A DNA stretch of 21,932 bases from Candidatus Hadarchaeales archaeon (GTDB lineage Archaea; Hadarchaeota; Hadarchaeia; Hadarchaeales; Hadarchaeaceae). Shown piece by piece: positions 1-8,075 of the stretch; within the stretch, counting starts at the first letter, position 1, and the number at the start of each line of letters is the position of its first letter. Under the pieces are notes generated by a model that was not told where the DNA came from, made no database searches, and worked only from the letters and a program-made list of their open reading frames with translations. Both the position numbers and the translations under genes were made by a program. The stretch is taken from positions 1-21,932 of the forward strand of contig JAWCLG010000014.1 in assembly GCA_038851075.1 (NCBI GenBank), in the 5' to 3' direction.

Positions 1-2
1 TG

Positions 3-815
3 ATGGGGGTGATAAACCTGAGCAGGGATTCATTTTTCAGGGGCTCTGTGACCGATCCCAGTGAGGTCGTGAATCGGGCCGCGCGCATGGTCTCGGATGG
101 CGCGGGGATGATAGATCTGGGGGCAATGGCGACAGGCCCCAGCTCAAAGCCGGTTGCCCCTGAAGCAGAGAAAAGGGCGCTGATCCCCGCAGTGAGGGCG
201 GTTGTGAGGGCTCTGGATGCTCCGGTCTCCGTGGACACGCAGAGGGCCGAGGTCGCAGCAGAGGCGGTCTCAGCCGGGGCCTCTGTGGTGAACGATGTGA
301 CGGGACTGAAGGGCGACCCGGAAATGGCGGAAGTGCTGAGAGCCACAGGGGCATCCGCCATCCTGATGGCCTCGAGGCGTGCTCCAGGGGATGTTTACGG
401 CATGAAGGAGATCAGGGAGTGCCTGAAGAAGAGCCTGGAGATCTGCAGGGCGCACGGGATCTCCATGAGGAGAATAGTCATAGACCCCGGGATAGGGCAC
501 TGGCCCGGGAGGCTTGCCCGCATCGGGCATCTGAGGCCCCGCCCCGGGGGATACACGCCCGCGACTGATCACGATCTGAGGATACTGGCGAGGCTGCGCG
601 AGCTGGAGGCCCTGAGAAGGCCAATATGCGTTGGCATCTCCCGGAAATCCTTCATAGGCGAGGTCCTGGGCGGGAGGAAGCCCGAGGAAAGGCTGGCCGG
701 GTCTCTTGCGGCAACCGTCATAGCCATCCTTAACGGCGCAAGGCTGATCAGGACACATGACGTCAGGGAGACCGCGGATGCTGCGAGGATTGCGGAGGCG
801 ATAATCGGTGCCTGA
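3..815 (+). CDS. folP: Dihydropteroate synthase (archaeal type), probably 5'-truncated by the window edge
   Basis: MGVINLSRDSF, MIDLGA, PVSVDT, VNDVTG, IVIDPGIG, VGISRKSFIG and IRTHDV match DHPS motifs. MG(V/I)xN usually lies some residues into the protein, so the true start may be upstream. Confidence 0.93.
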   Translation: MGVINLSRDSFFRGSVTDPSEVVNRAARMVSDGAGMIDLGAMATGPSSKPVAPEAEKRALIPAVRAVVRALDAPVSVDTQRAEVAAEAVSAGASVVNDVTGLKGDPEMAEVLRATGASAILMASRRAPGDVYGMKEIRECLKKSLEICRAHGISMRRIVIDPGIGHWPGRLARIGHLRPRPGGYTPATDHDLRILARLRELEALRRPICVGISRKSFIGEVLGGRKPEERLAGSLAATVIAILNGARLIRTHDVRETADAARIAEAIIGA

Positions 816-1590
816 TCTAAGGATTGAAATAATAGGACTAGATCTCCCCCTGGTGAGGAGCGGCGATGATCTGCCCCTTCTAATAGAAAGGGCAGCGGAA
901 AGGCTTGGCGGGATAAGGGACGGAGACATCCTGGTTGTTTCCTCCAAGGTGGTTTCAATTTCCGAGGGGAGGCTGGTCGACCTCTCCGCAGTTCGTCCGG
1001 GAAAAAGGGCGAAGGAGCTCTCGAGGGCAACAAGACAGCCGCCAGAGTTCGTCGAGGTGGTCCTGGAGGAGGCTGATGAAGTTGTGAACGCTGTGAGGGG
1101 GGCATTGCTCACGATCAAGAACGGTCACCTGACAGCCAACGCTGGGGCGGACCTATCAAATTCGCCCCATGGCCATGCGGTTCTCTGGCCCAGGGATCCC
1201 ATGGGTTCAGCTGAGAGGATCATGAGGTCGTTTGGCGGAAGGTCCATCGGGGTGATAATAGCGGACAGCGCGGTGAGGCCGCTCAGGCTGGGCACGGTTG
1301 GTCAGGCAATAGGCTGGGCTGGAATCGCCCCGGTGGCTGACTGCAGGGGAAAGCCAGACCTTTACGGGAGGCCGCTCAGGATGACATGGAGGGCAATCGC
1401 CGATCAGATAGCAACAGCCGCTGAGCTGGTGACAGGAGAGGGAAGCGAGAGGCGCCCGGTTGTGATCGTACGGGGGCTTGAGATCTCTGAGAGGCGGGGG
1501 GGACCGAGCCCGGTTATACCCAGAAACAGGTGCCTGTTCTTTGGGAAATATGCGCGGCGCGGACGAGGAAAACGGAAGCATCAACGCTGA
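808..1590 (+). CDS. cofE: CofE-family gamma-glutamyl ligase (F420-0:L-glutamate ligase-like; possible FolC2-like folate ligase)
   Basis: LPLVRSGDDL, DGDILVVSSKVVSISEGR, ANAGADLSN, GVIIADS, DCRGKPDLYGRPL, ADQIATAAELVTGEGSERRPVVIVRG. GTG start overlaps the folP end by 8 bp, with GGAGG at 794-798. Confidence 0.88.
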   Translation: MPDLRIEIIGLDLPLVRSGDDLPLLIERAAERLGGIRDGDILVVSSKVVSISEGRLVDLSAVRPGKRAKELSRATRQPPEFVEVVLEEADEVVNAVRGALLTIKNGHLTANAGADLSNSPHGHAVLWPRDPMGSAERIMRSFGGRSIGVIIADSAVRPLRLGTVGQAIGWAGIAPVADCRGKPDLYGRPLRMTWRAIADQIATAAELVTGEGSERRPVVIVRGLEISERRGGPSPVIPRNRCLFFGKYARRGRGKRKHQR

Positions 1591-1620
1591 TAGGGCTAAA
1601 TCATGCGCGCAATACGTTGA

Positions 1621-2433
1621 GTGAGTCGAATGCTCCTGGGTCAAGGCAAAAATTTAAGTGTTTTCTCCCTTGCCCTGGCATCATCCTTAAGTTTCCTGAT
1701 AGGCATCGCCGCGGGGCTTCTGGGCGTGGGCGGGGGGGAATTCAGGCTCCCCATTCTCATATGCCTTCTCGGGTTTCCTGTGCCGGCCGCTGCAGCCGCA
1801 AACCTGATCATCGGGACGCTTACGGTGGCCACGGGACTGGCAAGGCGCCTGGTGGCCGGGGTATTCGACCCCGCGGCGCTTTGGATGATCCTGAGCATGA
1901 GCGCCGGATCGATCTTTGGGGCCTACTTTGGATCCGGGCTGACCGGGAAAGTTAGCGAGAAACGATTGAAGCAAGCGGTCGGAGCTTTGCTCGTCATCCT
2001 GGGGCTGAAGTTCATACACGGCGCGCTTACGGAAGAATTTCCATACGGCTCTGTTGTGGGCCATCCTCTTGATCTGTGGCTGGGAGCGGCTCTGGGAGCG
2101 CTGATAGGGGTGGCCTGCGGTGCCCTTGGAGTGGCAGGCGGGGAGTTCAGGATCCCAGCGTTTGTGTACCTCTTCGGCATGGACGTGAAGGGTGCGGGAA
2201 CCGTAAGCCTAGCGGTGTCACTGCCGACCGTGCTCGCGGGAGGGATGAAGCATGGAATGATGGGGCACATTGATAGGAGAGTGGCTTATGCCTGCGTGGC
2301 AATGGGGGTTCCGGCCGTTGTCGGCGCAACCATCGGCGCTGCCCTCGTTCCGGGAGCCGCCGAGGTTTTGCTGAAGATGCTTCTGGGAATCGTCCTGCTG
2401 CTGGCAACGGTGAGGATGGGCATAAAACACTAG
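1621..2433 (+). CDS. Sulfite exporter TauE/SafE family permease
   Basis: Highly hydrophobic, with two internally repeated halves carrying GLLGVGGGEFRLP and GALGVAGGEFRIP. Start codon uncertain. Confidence 0.88.
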   Translation: MSRMLLGQGKNLSVFSLALASSLSFLIGIAAGLLGVGGGEFRLPILICLLGFPVPAAAAANLIIGTLTVATGLARRLVAGVFDPAALWMILSMSAGSIFGAYFGSGLTGKVSEKRLKQAVGALLVILGLKFIHGALTEEFPYGSVVGHPLDLWLGAALGALIGVACGALGVAGGEFRIPAFVYLFGMDVKGAGTVSLAVSLPTVLAGGMKHGMMGHIDRRVAYACVAMGVPAVVGATIGAALVPGAAEVLLKMLLGIVLLLATVRMGIKH

Positions 2434-2443
2434 GAAGTGAGTC

Positions 2444-2518
2444 TGGTGGGCCCGCGGGGATTCGAACCCCGGTTCCTACCGTGTGAGGGTAGTGTCTTAA
2501 CCACTGGACCACGGGCCC
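2444..2518 (-). tRNA. tRNA-Val(CAC), intron-less, CCA encoded
   Basis: Reverse complement is GGGCCCG TGGTCCAGTGGTTAAGACA CTACC CT-CAC-AC GGTAG GAAC CGGGG TTCGAAT CCCCG CGGGCCC A CCA. Acceptor, anticodon and T stems pair; anticodon at 2483-2485. Confidence 0.97.
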
Positions 2519-2565
2519 AGTAAAGATTTTGTGCGAGGATATTAAGACATTCGTCACGTGATATT

Positions 2566-2574
2566 TTTTAAATA
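2566..2574 (+). promoter_or_regulatory. Candidate TATA box for the pilin-like gene (divergent from the tRNA promoter)
   Basis: TTTTAAATA lies about 29 bp upstream of the ATG at 2603. A TTAATA-like element on the minus strand at about 2540-2546 would serve the tRNA. Confidence 0.5.
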
Positions 2575-2602
2575 ATACTTCATCAATTCGATATCGGTGG
2601 GC

Positions 2603-3115
2603 ATGAGGGATGAGGAGCACGCTGTGAGCGTGGCGCTGATCATCCTGCTGAGCATTGCGATTGCGATTGGAGTGGCCATGCTGGTTGTGGTGACAGGCAT
2701 GCTTGCCATACGGGAGGGAAGTTCAGGTGGCGGGGCGTCGGGAGGACTTCCTGAGGAACACTTCTCCGTTGACGCGGTTTACTTTGAAAATTTCGTCGAT
2801 TTCATGGGAAACGTTTCGCCGGATACATTTAGCCTAGTGGTAGAGATAACCAGCGGTGGTAGGTGGGTGAGGGAGTGGTCGATCGGAATTGATTATGGAG
2901 GCGGAACAGGATTTGTGGACAATGTGTTACAGGGAGGACTTGGAGGGCATCCTGATCCAGAGACGCACAAGATCACGTTGAGAGAGGGCGTGAGCAAGTG
3001 GTATCTTGACGGAAGTACGCATCCCATGCCCGGGCAGAGCTACTATGTGAAGCTCACCTTCAGTCTCAGCGACGATTCTGTCTTCATATGGGATGGACAC
3101 GCAGGCTACCGCTAG
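2603..3115 (+). CDS. Hypothetical secreted protein with pilin/archaellin-like (class III) N-terminus
   Basis: MRDEEHA/VSVALIILLSIAIAIGVAMLVVV is a short charged leader plus A-V-S and a long hydrophobic helix, followed by a Gly linker and a beta-rich domain. His replaces the usual K/R before the cleavage site. ATG 2603 preferred over the ORF-track start at 2597. Confidence 0.6.
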   Translation: MRDEEHAVSVALIILLSIAIAIGVAMLVVVTGMLAIREGSSGGGASGGLPEEHFSVDAVYFENFVDFMGNVSPDTFSLVVEITSGGRWVREWSIGIDYGGGTGFVDNVLQGGLGGHPDPETHKITLREGVSKWYLDGSTHPMPGQSYYVKLTFSLSDDSVFIWDGHAGYR

Positions 3116-3354
3116 ATCTGGCGTTCGAGTTTGGAGAGCACCTTTTCAAGCCTCTCCAGCATCTCGCGTTTGAGCCCTATGAACACTCCTCCCTCCTTTC
3201 CGCTTGCGAAAGTAGTTTCGTCGGGCTTTATTATCTCGTTGAGAACGGGGGACTCTATGTCTATGTGCGGAATTTTCGACCGCGTGAGCGGGTCCCGCTT
3301 GTGTATATAGACCTTTGCCGGTATTTCGATTTTGCTTTCAGCCGGTCCCGTCAT
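3112..3354 (-). CDS. Small hypothetical cytoplasmic protein (80 aa)
   Basis: Protein-like composition, fills the gap between neighbours, AT-rich upstream region; its stop overlaps the convergent gene's stop (CTAG). No family recognised. Confidence 0.7.
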   Translation of the reverse strand: MTGPAESKIEIPAKVYIHKRDPLTRSKIPHIDIESPVLNEIIKPDETTFASGKEGGVFIGLKREMLERLEKVLSKLERQI

Positions 3355-3457
3355 TTAAATCAGAATAACTTGATGCTCCATTTTTTAATTGATATCTCTT
3401 GGCCGGATTGCGGTATCTTTTTAAACAAACTGATGTATGATAGACGGAGGTTAAAAA

Positions 3458-3685
3458 ATGGAGAACAAGAAAGCACCGATGTGGGCTCTCGGGATATTGC
3501 TCGTTGCGATCCTGCTCTTGGTGGGAGCGCTCGTGGCGATATTCCTCTCTGCATCCGGGGGCCTGGCCCTTGAATACGGCGTGATTTTGCTGGTTCTCGG
3601 GTGGGTCTTTATAGCGGTGTTCTTCGCCGTGGCACGCAAGTACGCCAAACCGGTTGCTAAAGCTGAGCCCCAGAAGAGCGAGTGA
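3458..3685 (+). CDS. Small two-TM membrane protein (75 aa)
   Basis: GGAGGT RBS at 3446-3451, TTTTAAA about 35 bp upstream, two hydrophobic helices, basic tail. Confidence 0.8.
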   Translation: MENKKAPMWALGILLVAILLLVGALVAIFLSASGGLALEYGVILLVLGWVFIAVFFAVARKYAKPVAKAEPQKSE

Positions 3686-3700
3686 GGTCTGAAGCTCACG

Positions 3701-3723
3701 ATTTTTTTATTTTTTTAATTTTT
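3701..3723 (+). terminator. Oligo-T archaeal terminator between convergent genes
   Basis: ATTTTTTTATTTTTTTAATTTTT directly after the stop of 3458-3685. Confidence 0.55.
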
Positions 3724-4131
3724 AGAGTTGCTGAATTGGACTATCTCAACCACTCCGTTTTCAGCGTCGACGTTCAAAACATCTCCCGTTTTAAACTTGC
3801 TGATGTCTATTCTGTCAACGCACGGTATCCCGGCAAGGATCGCTCCGGTCGCAACGATAGTTTCCGTTTCCTGATTGACTATGGCTGCAGGCGCGGTTCC
3901 GTTTTTCTTAAGCCCGTAGATCACATATGAACCAACCGTCGAGCCCTTGCCCTGCGGGAACACCAGAACTTTATCCTTGACGCACTTTCCCTCAAGCTCG
4001 TGTCCCTTCTCGATTACAATCCCTGTTTTCGGGTCAATGCCTCCATAAAACCCTAGGGGTGACATTGAAACCAGCGCCTCTCCCCTCGCTTTTCCCGGGC
4101 TTATGCATCTCCCCCTCATAAGTTCGGTCAT
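3715..4131 (-). CDS. Phosphomevalonate dehydratase small subunit (AcnX swivel domain, DUF126)
   Basis: GKARGEALVS, GFYGGIDPKTG, FPQGKGSTVGSYVIY, APAAIV, VATGAILAGIP. ATGA overlap with the large subunit. Confidence 0.93.
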   Translation of the reverse strand: MTELMRGRCISPGKARGEALVSMSPLGFYGGIDPKTGIVIEKGHELEGKCVKDKVLVFPQGKGSTVGSYVIYGLKKNGTAPAAIVNQETETIVATGAILAGIPCVDRIDISKFKTGDVLNVDAENGVVEIVQFSNSKN

Positions 4132-5315
4132 TCAACCACCTTTTTCAGGAGCTCCTCAACGCTTCCGAATACCACCCTTTGCTTGCAGAATCCGGGCAGA
4201 TAGTTCGCCGCCTTTCCTGAGTCCACCCCTACTGTTCTGAACCCCATCTCCTCTATCGGTGAGACGACGGTGCAGGTGTCCGCCACTATTCTCCCTCCCG
4301 CCCCTTCAATTTTCTGCGCGAATCCCATCCTCTCCGCTGCTTCCTTGATAGATCTTGAGGTGCATATCCAAACCGGCTTTTTCAGCTTTTTCCCCTCGAG
4401 CATGCTGGCAAGGTTTGAGACCTCGTTGAGGGATGCGTGGGGGCATCCGAATATCAGAATGTCCGGATCTTCGCCTGTGTTTAGTTTTGAGCGGGTTTCA
4501 TCCAGATCCTTTCCCACGACGTCCACGGATTCGAGCCCTTCAGTGCTCATGCGTTCAGCTTCAGGTGTTACTCCCTCTACGTGGTACAGTGCGACAGCCC
4601 CCGAAGCTGCCATTGCCGCCCCGAGCGCCTTCAGCTGATCTACCGTGGCATCCCTGATACCTATGAAGTACGGGACCCCGCTTTTTACGATCTTGCCCAC
4701 ATGATATCCGAGGGCTCCGAAATCCGCGCAGCTCTTCAGATCCGCGTTCACCCTTATCACCATCGTTGGCCTCCTGTTTTCGTTCAGGTGGAGACCGTAG
4801 TTTGGGGTCACCCCGCACAGCGCAGCTGCAAGAGCAGAGGGTCCGCCTTCCCTGTTTGTCCTGGCTCCGATGACCGAGTTTGCAAATGAAACCGCGGACG
4901 ACTCAGACCAGGCTATGTGCTCTCCGAAGCGCGGGAGGTTCCCGACGAGGTAGGGCGTGCATGTGACGGTCATCATTATCCCCATCCTTCTGAACGCCTC
5001 CATTATCCGCAGCTGCTTTTCCGCAAAATCCGCGGGGAAGCCCAGCTCCTTCCAGTTCTCGAGTTCCATACCGGCCGGGTTCAATGTGGTGGGTACCCTG
5101 ACCTTTGCGCCTTTTCCCGCAATGTCCTCCAGGAACTCAAGCCCAGGATCACCTATTGACTTGTAGGACACTCCTGCTACCTGAACCGAGCTGACTGGTA
5201 TCATCCTGTCGGCGCCGTATATCTCACCTAGCCTGACCAGGAGCCTGAAGTTCCGCTCGATCACCTCGCCGTATTCACCGGCTAGCATGCGCTCCTGTTC
5301 TTTTGTAAGGTACAT
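4128..5315 (-). CDS. Phosphomevalonate dehydratase large subunit (AcnX catalytic domain, DUF521)
   Basis: MYLTKEQERMLAGEYG start (ATG 5315), GVSYKSIGD, TTLNPAG, AWSESSAV, GARTNREGG, and three Fe-S Cys motifs (TCTPY, GCPHAS, DTCTVVSP). Mevalonate gene context. Confidence 0.93.
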   Translation of the reverse strand: MYLTKEQERMLAGEYGEVIERNFRLLVRLGEIYGADRMIPVSSVQVAGVSYKSIGDPGLEFLEDIAGKGAKVRVPTTLNPAGMELENWKELGFPADFAEKQLRIMEAFRRMGIMMTVTCTPYLVGNLPRFGEHIAWSESSAVSFANSVIGARTNREGGPSALAAALCGVTPNYGLHLNENRRPTMVIRVNADLKSCADFGALGYHVGKIVKSGVPYFIGIRDATVDQLKALGAAMAASGAVALYHVEGVTPEAERMSTEGLESVDVVGKDLDETRSKLNTGEDPDILIFGCPHASLNEVSNLASMLEGKKLKKPVWICTSRSIKEAAERMGFAQKIEGAGGRIVADTCTVVSPIEEMGFRTVGVDSGKAANYLPGFCKQRVVFGSVEELLKKVVE

Positions 5316-5383
5316 GTCATCAGTGGAAATTGAGTTTTGCACCGCTTAAGAGTTTTCATGTTAAATCTGGGAATTTGACGCCA

Positions 5384-6742
5384 TTATTGTGGGATTGTGG
5401 TCTCGTATATCATCAGATAGTTTCCGTTTTTGAGGCGAACCACAGTCGGGAAAATAAGACATGTTGATTCCTTGCCGGTGCCCGTGTCCACCGTAAGACG
5501 TGTCCCGGATTCCAGCGTCCAATTAATCGAGTCTGTTGAGGTCAGGGATTTGATCCAGTTGTTGTTGGCCATCGTGGGTGAGGAGCCGTGGACGTACATC
5601 CGGTAAAATGTAGAAAAGTCAGTGATGTCCGCAATGACTGCACCGTACCCCTGGGAGTCCGGAGCATAGTTGACCATCTTGTCATATGTGAAAGTGTTTC
5701 CGTCGGCTGAGGTGGCATGCTGGTTTCCCCCCCAGATTTGCCAGTTTGTATCACTAAAGCGGAATGTTTCCGGGTCGAGGAAATCTCGATCGGGATTTGT
5801 TAGAGCAAATCTTTCACCCTCGCTTGTGTATGTGAATCCACCGTCAGTTGAAACAAACGAGTATGTTCTCGCTTTCTGTGAGCCGGTCGCATCCGGATCT
5901 ACGGTGGCAAAGAGCCTGAGAGTGCCATCAGGTTTCAGCACTATGTTCGGATCAACAGGGTTGGTGGCACCTGAGGGGACTCCGTTGAAAGTCACCTTTT
6001 TGTACGCCCAGCTGTTTCCGTCATCATCGGAAACTGCGACGACTATCTGGTTTACCATTTTTTCGGTGCCGCCCTCGATGTAGCTTTCCGCGACATAATA
6101 CACGAGTATCCTCCCGCTGCTCAGCACTACGGCATCTGGGACGGTGGCGCGGTCAGAAAGTATTCTGTTTGTTCTGGTGAAATTTAGACCATCAGTGGAT
6201 GTGGCGATAAGCAGCCTCTGTGTGGCCGGAAATGACGGGGTGGATCCTCTTCCGGAACATGGTTGAAAATCGCTTGTGAGCGCAAGATTTTCTCCTCCAC
6301 CTCCGGGTATATTTTCAGGGGGCATGTTTTCCGGGGGCAGGTTCTCAGGTGGCATGTTTTCTGGTGGCTGACCGGAAGGCCTCGGACCCTTCACGAGAAA
6401 CACTGTGACTTGGCCGTCTTGCAAAGTTGCTTGGACGACAGCCGTTTCGTCCCCCCTGTCATACAGGTGCCCCGTGTACCCTCCGAATATACCGTTATCC
6501 ATCCTCCACAGCCAGCCATTATCGGCCATCCACGCGTCGAATGCGCTGTACGCACTCTGGATTGTGCCGGTGCCTGAGTATGTGGTGACCGTGTTGTTGC
6601 CCTGGGTTGTTTGGTCTACCATCGTAAATCCTGCCGGAGCCGATGCGCTTGAAGTGGCGGAAGGTTTTAACAGCATAAAAGCGCCGACACCTGCAACGAT
6701 GACGATCAAAATTATAACTCCAACTGCTGCTTTAAATTTCAT
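5384..6742 (-). CDS. Membrane-anchored Asp-box (BNR) beta-propeller protein, sialidase/glycosidase-like fold
   Basis: N-terminal TM helix, small domain, PPEN linker, then five Asp-box-like motifs (STDGLNF, SDDDGNSW, STDGGFTY, SADGNTF, STDSINW) and DP-type motifs (VPDAV, VDPNIV, LDPETF). Confidence 0.75.
   Translation of the reverse strand: MKFKAAVGVIILIVIVAGVGAFMLLKPSATSSASAPAGFTMVDQTTQGNNTVTTYSGTGTIQSAYSAFDAWMADNGWLWRMDNGIFGGYTGHLYDRGDETAVVQATLQDGQVTVFLVKGPRPSGQPPENMPPENLPPENMPPENIPGGGGENLALTSDFQPCSGRGSTPSFPATQRLLIATSTDGLNFTRTNRILSDRATVPDAVVLSSGRILVYYVAESYIEGGTEKMVNQIVVAVSDDDGNSWAYKKVTFNGVPSGATNPVDPNIVLKPDGTLRLFATVDPDATGSQKARTYSFVSTDGGFTYTSEGERFALTNPDRDFLDPETFRFSDTNWQIWGGNQHATSADGNTFTYDKMVNYAPDSQGYGAVIADITDFSTFYRMYVHGSSPTMANNNWIKSLTSTDSINWTLESGTRLTVDTGTGKESTCLIFPTVVRLKNGNYLMIYETTIPQ
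6308..6367 (-). repeat. 4 x 15-bp degenerate tandem repeat encoding PPEN(M/L/M/I)
   Basis: Protein reads PPENM-PPENL-PPENM-PPENI; DNA units differ mainly at wobble positions. Confidence 0.9.
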
Positions 6743-6769
6743 TTTTTCATGAAAATGTTCTCATGTGGA

Positions 6770-6777
6770 TATATAAA
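6770..6777 (-). promoter_or_regulatory. TATA box of the Asp-box propeller gene
   Basis: TTTATATA on the minus strand, 28 bp upstream of the ATG at 6742, which implies a leaderless or short-leader transcript. Confidence 0.7.
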
Positions 6778-6796
6778 CATTCTGCATTTTACTTTT

Positions 6797-8071
6797 TCAT
6801 CCGATGTAGTCTGCAGAGTTGAGTTTCATTGGAGCCTCCGGTTTTTTGAAGTCGTTCACGTCTCTGTCTGCAGGTATTGTGAGGTCGAATCCCACCTTCG
6901 CTGTCATGCGTGTCTTTAAGTCTGAGGAAGGGTCGAGCGAGGATCCGGGCTCTTTTTTAAGCACAACTCCCCTGTCCCCCTGAAAGCGCGTGGCCATCGC
7001 CCACTCCACCTCCTGCGGGTTGTGGACGTCGATATCGTCATCGACCACCCACACATGCTTGAGCGACCTGTGCCCCCTAAATGCGGCCTCTATTGCTTTG
7101 AGTCCATCGTCAGGGTTCTTTTTCCTTATGCTGACGACAGCGTGTAGCCACGAGCACCCTCCTGGGGTGATGTAAACATCCCTGCACTCGCATACCTTGT
7201 TGACCTCCCTGAATATCGTCGGTTCCCTCGGCATTCCCATCAGGGTCTTGTGCTCTAGGCCTCCGGGCAGAAGAGCGTGATATATCGGGTTATTTTTGAC
7301 GAACATGCGCTTTACCCTGGCCACCCTCTGCTTTCTCACTATGTCCGGAGTTTCTGTGAGATCCAGAAAAGGCCCCTCATCGTGTTCCTCGCCGGTGAAT
7401 TCTGCCATGAGAACTATCTCGGATTCGGGCACAGTGTGACCGCCTAGCTCTATCAGCGGAGTCTCTGATAAAGCGTTCGCAATCCATAGTTCGCTCCTCC
7501 CGCGTTCTACGGATATGGCTCCCGCTACCATCACCGACATTGGGTTCCCGATACATACGGCAAATTCGCGTAGCCCTCTCTTTATGAACGCATCAAAATC
7601 TCTCTCAAGTATGCGGAGGACCATCCTTTTTTCATCGATGATCATCATCCTGTGGTATGATGCGTTGATTCCTAACTCCGGATCCCGTGCGATCACGACT
7701 CCGGAGGATATGTACGGCCCGCCGTCTATCGGGTAGTGCAGCAGAATCGGGAGCTTTGTAAGATCCGGTGAAAGCTCCTTGTATCCCTCCGCCCTTTTTA
7801 TCTCAGGCTCTTTTGGGGATTCAATCGCCCCCGCCAGCGTTTGGATTATCTGGTCGGGTTTTATGCCGAGGCCTATTGCCACAAGTTCGCGTGTTGAGCA
7901 CAGGTTTGCGGCGACCGGTATTGAGAAACCCCTCACGTTTTCAAAAAGTAGAGGTTTCCCGTCTAGGGCCCTCATCAGCGCAGATATCTCGAGCCTCGTG
8001 TCAACAGGCTTTTTTATCCTGACGAGCAGACCTTTTTCGTCCAGTTTTTTCAGGAATTCTCTGAAGTTCAA
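6797..8071 (-). CDS. UbiD-family decarboxylase, likely anhydromevalonate phosphate decarboxylase
   Basis: FREFLKKL, DGGPYI, NASYHR, EGPFLDLT, TPGGCSWLHAVV, KHVWVVDDDID, VEWAMATRFQ, GSSLDPS. Directly downstream of mvk. TTG 8071 follows a GGTGA RBS (ORF-track start 8083). Confidence 0.9.
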   Translation of the reverse strand: MNFREFLKKLDEKGLLVRIKKPVDTRLEISALMRALDGKPLLFENVRGFSIPVAANLCSTRELVAIGLGIKPDQIIQTLAGAIESPKEPEIKRAEGYKELSPDLTKLPILLHYPIDGGPYISSGVVIARDPELGINASYHRMMIIDEKRMVLRILERDFDAFIKRGLREFAVCIGNPMSVMVAGAISVERGRSELWIANALSETPLIELGGHTVPESEIVLMAEFTGEEHDEGPFLDLTETPDIVRKQRVARVKRMFVKNNPIYHALLPGGLEHKTLMGMPREPTIFREVNKVCECRDVYITPGGCSWLHAVVSIRKKNPDDGLKAIEAAFRGHRSLKHVWVVDDDIDVHNPQEVEWAMATRFQGDRGVVLKKEPGSSLDPSSDLKTRMTAKVGFDLTIPADRDVNDFKKPEAPMKLNSADYIG

Positions 8072-8075
8072 CGCA

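Noticed and set aside
270-1118. Long antisense ORFs (282 aa, 178 aa) and similar shadow ORFs elsewhere
   Set aside because: They lie opposite or out of frame to well-supported genes and have no recognisable motifs, as expected in GC-rich coding DNA.
1-2518. High-GC block downstream of the tRNA-Val 3' end as an integrated element
   Set aside because: No integrase and no duplicate of the tRNA 3' end were seen in the window, and the genes are metabolic. It cannot be excluded beyond the window edge.
3715-5315. TCA-cycle aconitase
   Set aside because: The motifs are AcnX (DUF521/DUF126) and the mvk/ubiD context points to phosphomevalonate dehydratase.
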